From: Octopus bimaculoides
Taxonomy: Eukaryota
Assembly: GCF_001194135.2 (NCBI RefSeq)
Contig: NC_068985.1
Location: 104,998,106 to 105,062,105, forward strand
Reading direction: 5' to 3'
DNA length: 64,000 nt
Position numbers and translations under genes: made by a program. The notes under the pieces are model-generated. The model searched no databases. It had not been told where the DNA came from and saw only the letters and a program-made list of their open reading frames with translations. Of the stretch, positions 12,903 through 26,971 are shown one piece after another. The stretch's first letter is position 1. Each line of letters begins with the position of its first letter.

Positions 12903-13962
12903 CTGGAAAAATTAAATTTTAAAGGTGATCCTCAATGATGTTACACAAGTATAATCATATCATCTGACTGTTTCACTTTTACATGGTAAAGTTTTTGCAA
13001 ATATTTTAATAGTTAAAAAAAATTTAGATTAGGTCTTTTTTAACTTCTGAAATCCTTTCTTATCAATAGTACAGAGAGCGAGTCATTTTTTTTAGACTGG
13101 CTTAAACACCAATATGACAGGAGTCAATGAAAAGGCTTCCATAATTGCATGACTTGTTATAAATAACCAAATCTCTCTCTAATTACACTATCTTGAGGAG
13201 GGGAAAAAAAAAAAGACTGCTACATCTGGAATGCACCTCATCATAAATTTATTTGATCAGGGCTAAACCATGACATTTACATACAAACATACATAAAACT
13301 TCTGACTGATTTGTTGGAGTATAGACTTATTCTCTGCTATATCTTTCATGGATATATAAATTATGCCCAGGTTACTCACCAATGCACGATTAAAATCTTA
13401 TACTTGTGAACCTCTGTACTCACTTTATTTCATTTGTACCTTTTGTCTCCATTTAATTTTAAATATTCAGATTTATTCTACATTCAGTTCTGGATTCTAG
13501 ACAGAATACATGCATACTAGCATCATCAATTAACATTTCTTTTCCAAGCTGGTATAGGTTGGATGATTTGACAGAATCTGAGCTGAAGGATGCAGGCTTT
13601 AATGTCTGCTTTGGTATAGTCTCCTCCCTTCCTAACAACCAATCACTTTATAGAGAGTACCAAGTGCTGTTTTTTGTGGTAGTCAGTCAGTTATAGTCCC
13701 GTTATGCAGCGTGATTATTGTAAACTACACCTCTGAAAATGTATAGTTTATTATAGACAACCTGAGCACTCAGCTTTTAGAAGCAGGAGACAAAGTCAAC
13801 CAAGGTGGAAGTTGATCTAGTAACTAAATATTATTTGTCTGATGTACACATTACAAAAGATTTATTATAGATAAAATAACTAAAAGAAAATGTGAAAGTT
13901 ACACATGGATGTTATGCTTACATGATAAATAAGGAAATGCAGCTAATAATCATACTGAGACC

Positions 13963-14059
13963 TGGAGCCTGGTGTAGCCATCTGGTTTCACCAGTCCTCA
14001 GTCAAATCGTCCAACCCATACTAGCATGGAAAGCGGACGTTAAACGATGATGATGATGA
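13963..14059 (+). mobile_element. RTE-tail SINE/LINE 3' end
   Basis: Near-identical to the reverse complement of 26825-26917. Confidence 0.85.
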
Positions 14060-14103
14060 GGAGGAGGAGACCCCTTTTAAGTTCATTTTTGAAAGGTAGT
14101 TTA

Positions 14104-14262
<159 letters not shown>

Positions 14263-14911
14263 CTATAATACAAAAAGCAGTAGATTTAATTTCAATAAAA
14301 ACTCACAAGTTTTAGTAAGTGAATCATTCAACCAAATTAAATCACAGCTGGCCAAATAAATTGAATCTCAGCCTATTAAATGGTGACATTTAGTAGAGAT
14401 AACCCAGAAGTTGTTGCTCTTTGATTACCATTACATATAGTAGTAGCTTTCTTCAGCAGAATACGTCATTGATTGGTTAAAATTACCCAAATACGACAGC
14501 TTTAACATGAAATAACTTCTGCAATATGAAATTTTGTCAAAATTGTTGAAAGTAAACTGAGTTAAGTGTGAGAAATTATACCAGTATACAAAGTACCAAA
14601 CTGTTTAGTTAAGAAAAAATAATTTTAAAATCTGTGAGCGAAACTGAAGAGATTCGATTTAAGGATTAAATTCTAGTTAGAGCAATGCAAATTAATGTTA
14701 ACTGTCCAATCATTCAACCCTACACGTCATATCAAGTTATCAGCTAATGTTAATAGATAGGGATAAAAAAATCTCTGCATTTTCTTAAGTCTTGTACATC
14801 TGATCCTTAAAGTTTATCTCAGTGAAGACCATAATTTGAAAGATAAGTAAGAAAGATGCAATTTCACAACACAGAAGAACCAACAGTTTTATTTTAAAAT
14901 AACTTCTGTCA

Positions 14912-15157
<246 letters not shown>

Positions 15158-15448
15158 CTAACAAGAAACTTGAAAATTATGAAAATTTCCTAGTCATATT
15201 TGAAGATCAATCATTTATTTGGAATAAATTATATATATAACAATATAAAGCGATGATGGAGAGAATCAGGCACTTAAATGGTATGCACCAGGTTGGGTTG
15301 ATTTACCTGTAAGCACCACCTTTAGTTGGATCAATAAAAAAAGTGTAAGAAACAGCTGTAATGAACTGATATTTATCCATCATCTTACTTTTTCTTTGCT
15401 ATAAAATATATATATATGCTAGCATGGAAAGTGGACGTTAAACGATGA

Positions 15449-15489
<41 letters not shown>

Positions 15490-15658
15490 GATAGAAAATT
15501 CAACAAAGTACTCCATCTGATGAGATCGATATTATTCATCTAAAAGGGCTCAATACATGTATTTAAACGTTACTAATAGATTCATATGTGGCTTGCACCT
15601 AAAGAATGAGTATTTCTCAACATATTGGGCCCTTTAAATAATTATATATACATATTCC

Positions 15659-16056
15659 NNNNNNNNNNNNNNNNNNNNNNNNNNNNNNNNNNNNNNNNNN
15701 NNNNNNNNNNNNNNNNNNNNNNNNNNNNNNNNNNNNNNNNNNNNNNNNNNNNNNNNNNNNNNNNNNNNNNNNNNNNNNNNNNNNNNNNNNNNNNNNNNNN
15801 NNNNNNNNNNNNNNNNNNNNNNNNNNNNNNNNNNNNNNNNNNNNNNNNNNNNNNNNNNNNNNNNNNNNNNNNNNNNNNNNNNNNNNNNNNNNNNNNNNNN
15901 NNNNNNNNNNNNNNNNNNNNNNNNNNNNNNNNNNNNNNNNNNNNNNNNNNNNNNNNNNNNNNNNNNNNNNNNNNNNNNNNNNNNNNNNNNNNNNNNNNNN
16001 NNNNNNNNNNNNNNNNNNNNNNNNNNNNNNNNNNNNNNNNNNNNNNNNNNNNNNNN
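15659..16056. other. Assembly gap interrupting PP2A-A coding sequence
   Basis: 398 N. Other large gaps are at 7852-8347, 43018-43518, 45030-45484 and 51228-51756. Confidence 0.99.
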
Positions 16057-16182
16057 TTGACAGTTAAGTTTTCAAGAGATCTCCAAAATAAAGAGTTAAA
16101 TATACACAATCACAAACATTTAAAAAAATCAAATGATTGTGTAGAACACATTTAAATCTGAAATGTTAAATAGTTTACTGAC

Positions 16183-16297
16183 CTTTTACTTTGTGTGCAG
16201 CAGCGGCACGCACTTCAGCTTCACAATCTTTTAAGAGTCCTTGAAAAGCCAACACTAAATCATTCTTTGTAATTTCAGGGCCAACAGCTTTTTGTAA
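16183..16297 (-). CDS. PPP2R1A: PP2A-A coding exon 8 ([38 protein letters not shown])
   Basis: 115 nt, phase 0 to 1, GTCAGT donor; conserved [10 protein letters not shown] motif. Confidence 0.96.
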
Positions 16298-16639
16298 CTA
16301 TAAAAAGAAAAGAAAAGAAAATATTAAGGCAAAATTATTTGTCAAGTTATTAAGCGTAATACCACCCTCGTTTTATACTGTATGTTTATCATAAAATAAT
16401 AGTTCATAACACACCACAAAAATATATTTGTAAGTACTGATCAATCTATGTTCATAGATGCTCTCCCAAGAAAAGATTCAGGTCATTAACAGTCTACTTG
16501 AAATGTTGCTATTCAATGATTGCAAGTAGGGAATTCCAAAATGACTATTGTTCTAGGGAAGAAGGACATATATAGTGGTAAGAATGAAGCTTGGAGGAGG
16601 GAAGTAGAAAAAATGTGGATGATCAGTAGAGAGATAAGC

Positions 16640-17060
16640 AAATTGGTACAAAACTAGATAGTCCCAAGGAGCAGGCGGACTAAGGGCCATAGACTGGAAT
16701 GTTTGTGACTGACTTCATGCCAGTCAGATGAGTGCTCTTTCATTGCATGCAATCTTGGATATTGATATGAATGGCAACAGCACCATTCTAGATAATGATA
16801 ACAGTACTCTAATGTGGGACTCATCTGAATGTTATTGCAAGTGAGCAGCTGTTGAGAGTTCAATTGGAAGGCCAGACAGTGAAATGTATGTAAACTTTGC
16901 TTTGGAGATGTGCGATCACCAAGAGAATTCTTCAGTGACAGTGAGGCCTAGTGTTTTAAGTGACTGAAGGTGCCGTTCAGGTTTAGTGGAGGAGTGTCAG
17001 GTTTCCTTGATATGTGTAAGGTAGTCTTTGAGATGGAGATAAATTAGCATGATTCCACTG
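16640..17060 (-). mobile_element. Decayed CR1/L2-type LINE, RT C-terminus
   Basis: Fragments PPLNLNGT, LKTLGLTVT and IQMSPTLEYCYH (cf. QIRPTLEYCSHIW). Confidence 0.6.
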
Positions 17061-17600
17061 TAGGTGTTCAAGGTCTCTGTCAGGGAGTAAATGCAGATAT
17101 AATGTGGTGTCTCAGTTGCATGTGGATAACGTGATACAAGCTAAAATGCAGTTTTAACGCTGGTCTTGCAATGCTTAGTATGAGCTGCCCAGTTTGAAGT
17201 GGCAATGATGATTTTCTCTGAAGGTTGTGATACAGCATTAACTACTGCAGTTCATTTATGAATGAATTGGGATGGGGGTAGGAGGAGATTTGTACATGAG
17301 CTTCGTAACAGAGTACTTTTAATAAGCTAGGCTGTCTGGTTGTTTCTGATGGATGACTTTTTTTCTAGAGTTGTTTCTCAGAGAATTTTTATGACTAAAC
17401 TTACTAAATTAATTTACTGTAGTAAAGTCAAATGAATTATAAATGTACCATGTTATGAAGGGCATCCGACTATAGAAACCTTGTCAAAGCAGACACTAGA
17501 GACCAACATACGCCTCAGGATAGAAGCCGTTGAACCATCCAACCTATACCAACATGAACACAGACATTAAATGACAATAATGATGATAGTTAGTACTTAC

Positions 17601-17756
17601 ATCAGTAAATTTGTCAGCAACCATATAACGCACTCTCCATGATTTATCTTCAGCTGCTTGCCGTAGTGTTGGCATTACAAGGGTCTCAACATCTTCAGCA
17701 TTAAGTAATGATGCAATAGCAACACAGGCTTCAACAGCCAGCAGACGTACTGAATC
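17601..17756 (-). CDS. PPP2R1A: PP2A-A coding exon 7 ([52 protein letters not shown])
   Basis: 156 nt, phase 0 to 0, GTAAGT donor; conserved DKSWRVRY motif. Confidence 0.97.
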
Positions 17757-18920
17757 CTTAAAAAAAAAAAAAAAAAAAAAAAACTTCCATGTATATAAAA
17801 GGAAAATGAAATATATTTTATACTTAAACTTGCAAAGGCAAAGTCTATTCCTTTATATGAAAAAAAAAGTGATCAAATAATTGAGAATGTTAAGTGAAAT
17901 TTCAAAAGATGCAATATTGAGAGTAGAAGCTCATCTACCCAAAGAGGTCAAAAAAAAAAAAAAGAAAAAAAAAACATGATAAATATTAATTTAACTAAAA
18001 GAGAGGAAGGCCTAATTATGAGAAGTTAATATTGATGGAGTGGCTATATACTAGTCAAAAGAATCATTAACTACAGGTTTGCAATGGTCCAATCACTGGC
18101 AAAAGTGACAAGCCAATACTCCTGAAACTATAGCAGGACAAATACCAGAGCATTTTTTTTATTTTTAAAGCACTTGATACAAATAAAAGCCACACACACA
18201 TCTTTGCATATATAAAAAATTACTTTTCTTTTAAATGTCATGTTGATTTTTCCTATTTCTTTAAGGTTTGTTTGGAACAAAAGGAAAAAAAATTCCTAAG
18301 ACCATTAAACGTCTCAAAAACTTCCCAATCTCAACTTCATAAAAACGTGGTGGTAGTGCTGCTACTTCAAAAACATGGAAATAATAGTACCACTACCATC
18401 ACTTCATTCTGAAGATGAGACAAAGAACACTTCAACCAAATTCTGCTCACAAAGTACTGATCAACCTAAGACTATAGCAGAAGATATGCTATAGGTACCA
18501 TGAACTGATGGCAAATAGGATTCAATCCAGAACCATGTGGCTGAAAGGTGAACCTAACCACACTGTAGCTAATGTTCCAGCAACAGCTGGGTAATTAAAA
18601 CAAACTACAGAACACAACTATACCTGCAACTCATCATTTCCACTTTAAAAAGATTTGCTCAGTGCATATAAACATTAATTGAGGACAAATTCTTATTTTC
18701 ATTATTTTGTAATGAAAACTCAGCTCTAGTGATAATCTCAGCCAAAGGATTTGATAATGGAAAATTACAAAATGAGTATCAATGCAAGTCTGAAAAGTTC
18801 TCCACAAGCTAATTGAAACAAAGTACCTTACTGTCACTGAACTAATAAAAATAGTTAAATTTCATAACAGTAAGATTTCAAATATTACAGTGAAATATAA
18901 ATAAAGTGAAGTAGACCTAC

Positions 18921-19068
18921 CTGCTCATCTTGAGCAAGGCTATTAAACAATGAAATTAAATCAGATCTGAGGTATTCTGTATCTGCCACCTTTGCAAACT
19001 CTCCCAGCTTGCCAGCAGCTGCTCGACGTACCATTGGAGTATCATCTAAACATAAGGTTTTAAAACAC
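18921..19068 (-). CDS. PPP2R1A: PP2A-A coding exon 6 ([50 protein letters not shown])
   Basis: 148 nt, phase 2 to 0; conserved [11 protein letters not shown] motif of HEAT5. Confidence 0.97.
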
Positions 19069-19303
19069 CTGAAATAGAAAAAAAACAAAACAAAAAAACA
19101 TTATCAAAACTCAATTCTGTGTTAAACGACATGCCTAATACCACTTTTCAAGTTCCAGCTGCCACAATCACCTAAACCTAAGTCAGAAACTAAGTGGAAA
19201 AAGAAAAAGTTCTGCTGCCCATATTGTATCCCAGTTGGGTACAGCCATTCAGCAACACTAATGTTAAAATCATCTATATTACATCAAGGTCTCATGTCAA
19301 TTA

Positions 19304-19930
19304 CCTTTCATCATCATCATCCTTAATACCGATTCCCATATGCTGTTCATATCAGCACTTGGTCTGCTTAGGAGGTTGTTGTGTCCTAGCATATGTGCTG
19401 TTTCTTTTAGCTTTTGTATTTTCCAGTAGTGTTCTCAGTCTATTATTTTAACTTCATCCCACAGGGGGAGGTGGTCTCCATTTTTCCATACATGATTAGC
19501 TATACCCAATTTATCAATATCGCCCTGTGTCACAGCTTTGCGATGTTTCTCTACTCTTATCTTGAGGGGCAGCATGTTTCGCCTTTGTATAACCTACCAC
19601 AGCTGCATGGGATGGAGTACATGCAGTTCTTAGTCATATTCTCTTCTATTGGTGGTTTTACTCGAAGGAGATATTTGCGAAGTGTTGTATCACTTTTGAA
19701 TACTATCCTGATGTCATATGGGCCGCATATCTTTTGTATCTTTTCAGAGAGGCCTTTCACATAGGGCAGACAGACTGTGGACAGTTTATCGGTTTCATCC
19801 TCTCTTTTCTTCATAATTGGAGTGGAGAGTATATCAGCCGAAACGTTGTGCTAACAACAAGATTAGGACAAATATCTGTCAATTGTAAATAATGTACATA
19901 ATTCCTCATCTCTTAAATACAGAACTGTAT
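19304..19930 (-). mobile_element. Penelope-like element fragment (GIY-YIG endonuclease)
   Basis: ORF 19557-19814 reads LPYVKGLSEKIQKIC...NCMYSIPCSCGRLYKGET; it continues in a shifted frame as IANHVWKNGDHLPLWDEVKIID. Confidence 0.9.
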
Positions 19931-20377
19931 AATTAAAACATGTATTAATTTTGTTACTTCTGCAATTGATATGAATTTCTGAAAATTCATAATATCTGTT
20001 AACAACTAAAACCTCATATATTTCATGCTTCATAATAGTTAAATACATTTCCCAACCTCATTTTGCAGTGAAGAAACCCCCCCCCCCACTAAATGTTAGA
20101 ATTTTGAATTACTTTATTACTATCACTACCACAGTACATCATTTTAAACATAACTTGTATTCAAAGATCTAATAAAGTTCTGACTGGCAGACGCCAAGAC
20201 AAAAGTGGAAGCTTCTAAAATTCTAAAAATGTAAAAGAGCACACCAAATTTTATCCAAGATAACATTTTAAAAACAGCAAAAAGTTATATATAATGCATA
20301 CAGAAAACATTAATGAAAGGTGGTTGTTACAATTACCATATGAACAGTGACAGGAAGAAAAAAGAAAAAATACTTAC

Positions 20378-20468
20378 AGATGCAGTTCCGCCTTTACACT
20401 TGAAGATACTCTGGGATAGCACACCGAGAAGAGACCACAGGCTGAGGTTCGAGATGTGAACCAGTCAC
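20378..20468 (-). CDS. PPP2R1A: PP2A-A coding exon 5 ([30 protein letters not shown])
   Basis: 91 nt, TTTAG acceptor, GTAAGT donor, phase 1 to 2. Confidence 0.96.
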
Positions 20469-20558
20469 CTAAAAATATTGACAAAAGCAAATTATGAGCA
20501 CCACCACACTTTAAGACAACATAACACATTAAATGACTAATCTTATACCAATACATAC

Positions 20559-20700
20559 CAGTCGACAATCGTTTAACAAGGGGCACAAAGTGATTCTCCA
20601 AATCTGTTTGTGAATGTTGAGCAGCAATTGCCCTCAGGGAATCAACAGCTTTATCTCTAACTACAGTTTCTTCAACAGTAGCCAAACTTTCAAGAGGTTT
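20559..20700 (-). CDS. PPP2R1A: PP2A-A coding exon 4 ([47 protein letters not shown])
   Basis: 142 nt, TTCAG acceptor, GTATGT donor, phase 0 to 1. Confidence 0.96.
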
Positions 20701-20831
20701 CTGAAATGAATTAGAAAAATATAAAAATGAGTCTTACTGTAAAATTATACTAACACAGTTACACCATCCACCTCGAGATAAAATTGCTGATTTTAATCAA
20801 AATTTTTCCCTGACATTCTCCAACCATTTGA

Positions 20832-20872
<41 letters not shown>

Positions 20873-21479
20873 GGAGAGAGAGAGAGAGGGAGAGAGAGAT
20901 AGTGACAGAGAACAAGCATTGTAGAGAAAGAAGCCCAAATGTGTGCAACAGTATATTTAATGTTGCCCTCTTTAAAAAGAAAAAAAAAATTGGAATTTCA
21001 ATTTTTTTTTTTTTAAATTTACAACCTTTTGCCATAAGAAATCTAAAACAATTTCATTTCAGAATTAAATATCCTGATAACCTTATAATTTAATACTTTT
21101 AAGCTAGACATTCAGCCAAATGTCAACTTATCTGAAATCACATCATGAAAGAATATTTTCTGCAATATAAATAGGTCAAGTTTCACATAGAACATTAGGT
21201 TATGTCTGATTATTTTATCAAAATTAGTTTATCATGAGAACTGTCTCCACATATACACCCATTAAGCAAGTAATTAATGTCTTATATCCAAATTTTTTTA
21301 ATATCAACAAAGTTCAATAAAATGAACTCTACAGTATTTCTAGAGAAAGGCAAAAAAAAAAGTGTGTGTGTGTGTGTTTGTTTAAGCTTTAGAAAAAAAG
21401 CAACTGAAATAAAAATGATCACACTCAGGAACTGAAACCACATAGCTGTGAAAATAACAATACTTGATCTCTCACTCAC

Positions 21480-21580
21480 CAATAAACAGTAAACATATTC
21501 AGAGCCACCAACTAGAGGAGTGAAGATTCCAAGTTGTTCTGCAAGGGCCAGCAACACCTCATCTTCATCATATATGGTAT
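21480..21580 (-). CDS. PPP2R1A: PP2A-A coding exon 3 ([34 protein letters not shown])
   Basis: 101 nt, AG/GTGAG, phase 1 to 0; near-identical to vertebrate HEAT2. Confidence 0.97.
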
Positions 21581-22844
21581 CTGAAAAGTTATATTAAAAA
21601 AAAAAAAAATCCACTTTAATGTGAATAACAATATGCATATAATATTATATCTGGAACATGAACCTACAAGAAATATTTAGAAACCATTTATTAAAATGCT
21701 TAGTTGTTTAACAAACAAAAAACAATTATATTGTTCCAAAATGCAGCACTTTCTCACTCCAAAGTAAATGGATATTAATATCAAGGTTAATTTTAAAAGA
21801 CCAAGATAATTACCAAATGGAAAAACAATGCACAAAACAAGAACTGATGATGAAATTGATAAATTTTTCATGAAACAGGAATAATCAGTTGCAAGAAATA
21901 AAGTGTAATTAATAATATACTAGAAGATAACTTTATCAATGTTCAACTGAAGTTTCATTACAAACCAGAAAAACATGTTTTACTACAAGACTAAAAAGAC
22001 CCATACCACTATCATCAGAGAGATGTTTGATGGTCATTCCAACCATTTTATTTTCAAGTCTCAGTTAACACCCTGAGCATTGGTTCTGTAGCTGTCCTCC
22101 CATTCTAGAATGAATCAAATAAGTTTCCAAAACAGCCTTCCATACAAATTGACCTTCAACCTTCACGGCACTAAGTTGGCTCATCCAACACATATTGCCA
22201 GCAGCTTGCACAACCAAATATCCTTAACTGCAGTGGAGGTAGTGCTAGTATACTGATGATACCAACCCAAGGATGCTTTTTGTATGCCAGTTTGAACTTT
22301 TGAAAGTAAAGCAAAATGTGTTAAACACACACAAATTCAATTAAGACACTAGACAGCAGTTTGTTTACAGAAAATGGATTCCTCTACATCAGCTACAACA
22401 TATATTGTATCAAGCCAGACAGAACTAATTTGAATACTACACTTGGTACGCTTCTTGCTTTAAAAAGTCACCTTTAAAATTTTAAATATATTATGAACTC
22501 TTAATTGAAAATCAAAAACTGCAGAAAAATTGCCATCCAAAGGTGAATAGAAAACTATAAAATATTTTTTTCAATTCCAAGACACCCTATAATCTATTAA
22601 TTCTGCAAGAAATAATTCTGTGTTTAGATATATTTCATCATTAATTTTTAGTCATATAAGTGGTGCCAAATTTTCAAAATCTTCATATGAATTACTTGTA
22701 CATTACGTTATGACATTGTGCTTTTAATAATTCATTAAATAATTCTGAAGCATTCACTTCTGATAAACATTCTAAATAAAAGTAACCTAAATAGCTATTC
22801 TGTTTTGCTTAGATCCTTATAATACTGGAGGAAAAAAAGTGCAC

Positions 22845-22892
<48 letters not shown>

Positions 22893-25800
22893 CACAAAAC
22901 TAGCTTTGCTGCTATAATCTTTCAAAAAAATTCTACAGGAAATTTATGGAACAGATATTTCTCTACCACTGAACAAACAAAAGCATTCTGGGAATCAGCC
23001 AAGATCTCAGTAATATGATAAAAGAATTAAAAAGAAAAAATTATCTGTACATTAACCTTATAGGGAATTTTGCCCAACAGAGTTCACCATTTAAAAATAT
23101 GAAATTGTCAACATAAAAGATATTTTACACCAGAATAATTAAAGCATTTAATTCATGGCCAACATCACATATAACACATAGTCTTTAATTTAATATTAGC
23201 TTGTTAATGTTTCTAAGCAGTTAAAAGCAAATAGTATTTATGTCATTTATAAGACGTGACAAAAACTTTGTTATGGTCCTGCTTTAGAAGGAACAAAATA
23301 TGTCCCTAGCTAACTTTTTATAGCATGCAATAAACAATGTTGCTTTACAATGTCAATAGACAGTCACAGAGATTAGCATTTACTTATTAGGCAATAACAC
23401 TATCAACTTTTAGGCTAATTTTTAAACCATTTTCATTGATTCTGGACATGCGCTGAACTCTTGCATGCAAACTTGGTGTCAATATAAGTCTATTGGAAAT
23501 AGGTGCTGTGTTACTCAGTAATGGGTTTTGAAATTGGATGAATTCAATACCAATATTTCTTACCCAGCTATAATAGCTAAACCAGTGATTTTGGGACAGT
23601 ACAATCAAATTCAATATATCTTTTAGAACTCAAGAAATATCTTTCAGGTCAAAGCAGCATAACAGCAATGATCCAGAAATTAAATTGGCTTTCATGTTCA
23701 ACCTTTGTGAACATTTCAAAGCAGTATACTAAATAATAGTTAGTGTTTGAGAGATGAAAGTTACAAAACAATGTGGCTATTGACTACACATACATGTGAT
23801 TCACACAATTTTGCTAGAACAAGTGAATGGGAAAATATTTGAAAATTCAGACAGAAATTTAATAGTGTTTAGCATAAAATATAAAACCTTTTTGTAAACA
23901 TGCGGACTAACAATGCCATAAACATAAATATTGGAACTGATGTCTAAAAAATTTGAGTAGATTATTATTTCTGAGCCCACTAATTTTTTTTTTTTGTTAA
24001 AGGTAATATAAGGTCAATACAGACTTGTGTTATTGACTACATAATAATGAAATATAATTTAAAGACATGCTTTTATCTTATGTTTATAGAATTCACCAAT
24101 ACAACCCAAAAGTGTAGCTATGTTTATATTTTAATGGCAACAAGATAAACTCCTCTAAAAATTATAAATTTCCTGAATGAGCTTTAAAAAAATAAGTAAT
24201 TTAGAAGTATATAAAGATGCCAAAATGCTCTGAAGAAGTGAGGTTGTGAAGAGGAAAAGACACATGATACGAACAAACATAACAACACTGTTTATCAAGG
24301 CACAGTTATAGTTGGTTGTGGATTAAAAAACTTTCCTACCTGCGAGAAAATTTTTCTCTGATGCCAGTGCAGCATGAAAAAAAGGTACATGGTAATTGTA
24401 TGAAGAGGATTTAATACCATATATGACGATAGCTACCACAGTAATCACTAGTGAAAGTAGCCAATGTAATAAGAGAAGAATAAATAATGTCCATAATACT
24501 TAACACTACAAAGAGATCAAATGAGAAGAAATATTCCTCAATGTCGAGTCATTTAGGCTAGAAAGCAACATAAGTTTAGCACTTCTTTACCCAACATCAA
24601 CCAGTGATTTATTAGTATTATTACAGCCTAAATAAATACCAAACCTTGCTAAATTATAGGATTAAATTGTGGCTCCCAAATGTGAAATAGGAAAACAATA
24701 TGCCAAGATTTAGAGTACATAATACTGAAGGAATTATCCTTTCTGGATTATTTAGCTGTTTGCAGTCCACCCTAAAAGCATATTCATACTTCTTGATCAA
24801 GTTGCATGCTGATTGCAAACAAAAACCTCAATGTTCATACAAGAGTGTTATTTGTTTGCAGTCTTTTTACAAAAGTATGTCCAGGCTGTTTGTTGTTCTA
24901 TGGACTAGGAGATTATCATCTTGCTGGCATCAGGAAGGGTATCAGCCAAAGAAAACTACCTCAATGGAAAAAAAAAAAAAAAAAAAAAAAAAAAAGGACT
25001 AACTAGTTTATCATCATCAGCCTTAACTAATTAGGTTATCCTTGTTTTAAAAGACAAGAGTCAGGCAAATCTAACATCACGTAATCTCTGTGTGTGTCCT
25101 TGAGATATGTTGGGATCTCACATAACAAAAGTTTACATCTACAAGAGGCACTTCCACAGCAGATGTTTCTTCTGCATACATCAATATGTTGACAAATATC
25201 TAGCTGGTTTTTCAATTCAGTTCTGTTCTAATAGAGTTGCTTAGGTGATGATATACATGATCTTATTTTCCATTGGCTCTTTGCAAATGAAACCTATTAA
25301 TGGCTTATGGAAACCCTCCCTAGTTTAAATATAGCTTAAATCTACTGGACCTAGTAGAGTAATGATGGAATACCTGTGACAGCAGTGACATGCTATTAGT
25401 TTTTAGGTGACATGCAATGGACTTTGAAAACACAATTTCTCAGCAGCATCATAGAGTAAGCTTGCAAAATTTAACAAAGAAGTTTAAAAGATAAACAATC
25501 CCAAACAGTGTTTTTCAAGAATATCCGATACAGCACTTTATATCACATAAACTAAATGAATTAGTAACTCATTAAGCTAAAAAAGAAAAGCACATGGTTT
25601 TAGCTTTGGTGGGAGAAGCCTCCAAGTCATTCTTATCTTCTCAAATCAATGGCATTAAAGTGATAATAATAATAATAATAATAATTATAAAATAAAAATT
25701 GCAAAAATAAAGTGGAAGAAATTTTCAAAATTTGGGGAGTAAGCAATATGTCATTACTGATAAGGATGATAAATTCCTTTTTATATTATATTTGTCAAGA

Positions 25801-26824
25801 GACAGTTGTGAAAAGAACTTAAGACTAAACAGCTAAAGTGGAATTGCTCCTCATCAGAAGAGTTCAATTCTTAGGACGTTCCTATTTAGTAACTGCAAGC
25901 TTTAGTATTTCAAATATTATCTTTGATTACAAAAAAAAAAAAAAACACAAAATTGATGGAGAGTATTATGTTAGGTGATGCTTTTATTATATGTACAGCA
26001 TTATTTGATAGCTTAAGTTAAAAGAGAATGATGAAAAGGAGAGCTAACATAGAAAATCAAATTCAAGAATGCTTGACTATTTGTTCACGAAATCAAATAT
26101 TCTGATATTTTCAGACATTCTATTCAGAAGTTTGTGAATTTGCCTCAAAATACACAAGGTGAAGATAAGTGAAAAAATAGATTATGCTAGGACTGCTGGT
26201 GCCCCTAATATAATAGGTTGAAATGTTGATTTTGTAAAACAATTTACATAAGCTGCTGGTCATATCAAAGTTTCTATTGTATACATATCAGTAAGTTGTC
26301 TGCATAAAAATAATCTTTAAAGATTTTGATGAGAAGAGAGTTGTGACAGTCAATTTGATGGCTACTAGGGACAAGACTTTCATTTGATTTTAAATGAAAG
26401 TGAACCAGTTTACAATGGTTTACTAATGTACAATAATGTTAAGATGGTTGGGATTTGATCAAATATTTGAATGGTTTGGTGAAAGTTTAAGTGAAATCAG
26501 GCATTTAGATGTGAAAAGTATGGAACATGATTTACTGCAGCTAAATGTCTTTATAAGCTCAATAAACTTGTTTTACACAGATCAATGAACAGTATGATTT
26601 TGGGAAATCTATTGGCATGTGTGGATTGATCAAAGGTTTTGAGAGTAAACTTGGTACATTTCAACTGCTGGAAGCAGATTTAATGGATTTGAAATAACAA
26701 CCAGGTAACTCCAGTCCAATTCTATTTGGATAGAAACATTATTGCACTTCGAACTAATTTAGAAGAAATTGAACATAAGCAATTGTGAAAAAGTATTCAG
26801 AGTGTACTTCTAAATCTAAAACTA

Positions 26825-26971
26825 CATCATCATCGTTTAACGTCCGCTTTCCATGCTAGCATGGGTTGGACGATTTGACTGAGGACTGGTGAAACTGGAT
26901 GGCAACACCAGGCTCCAATCTAATTTGGCAGAGTTTCTACAGCTGGATGCCCTTCCTAACGCCAACCACTC
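26825..26971 (-). mobile_element. RTE-tail SINE/LINE 3' end
   Basis: (CAT)n-CGTTTAACGTCCGCTTTCCATGCTAGC..., inverted relative to the 13963 copy. Confidence 0.85.
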
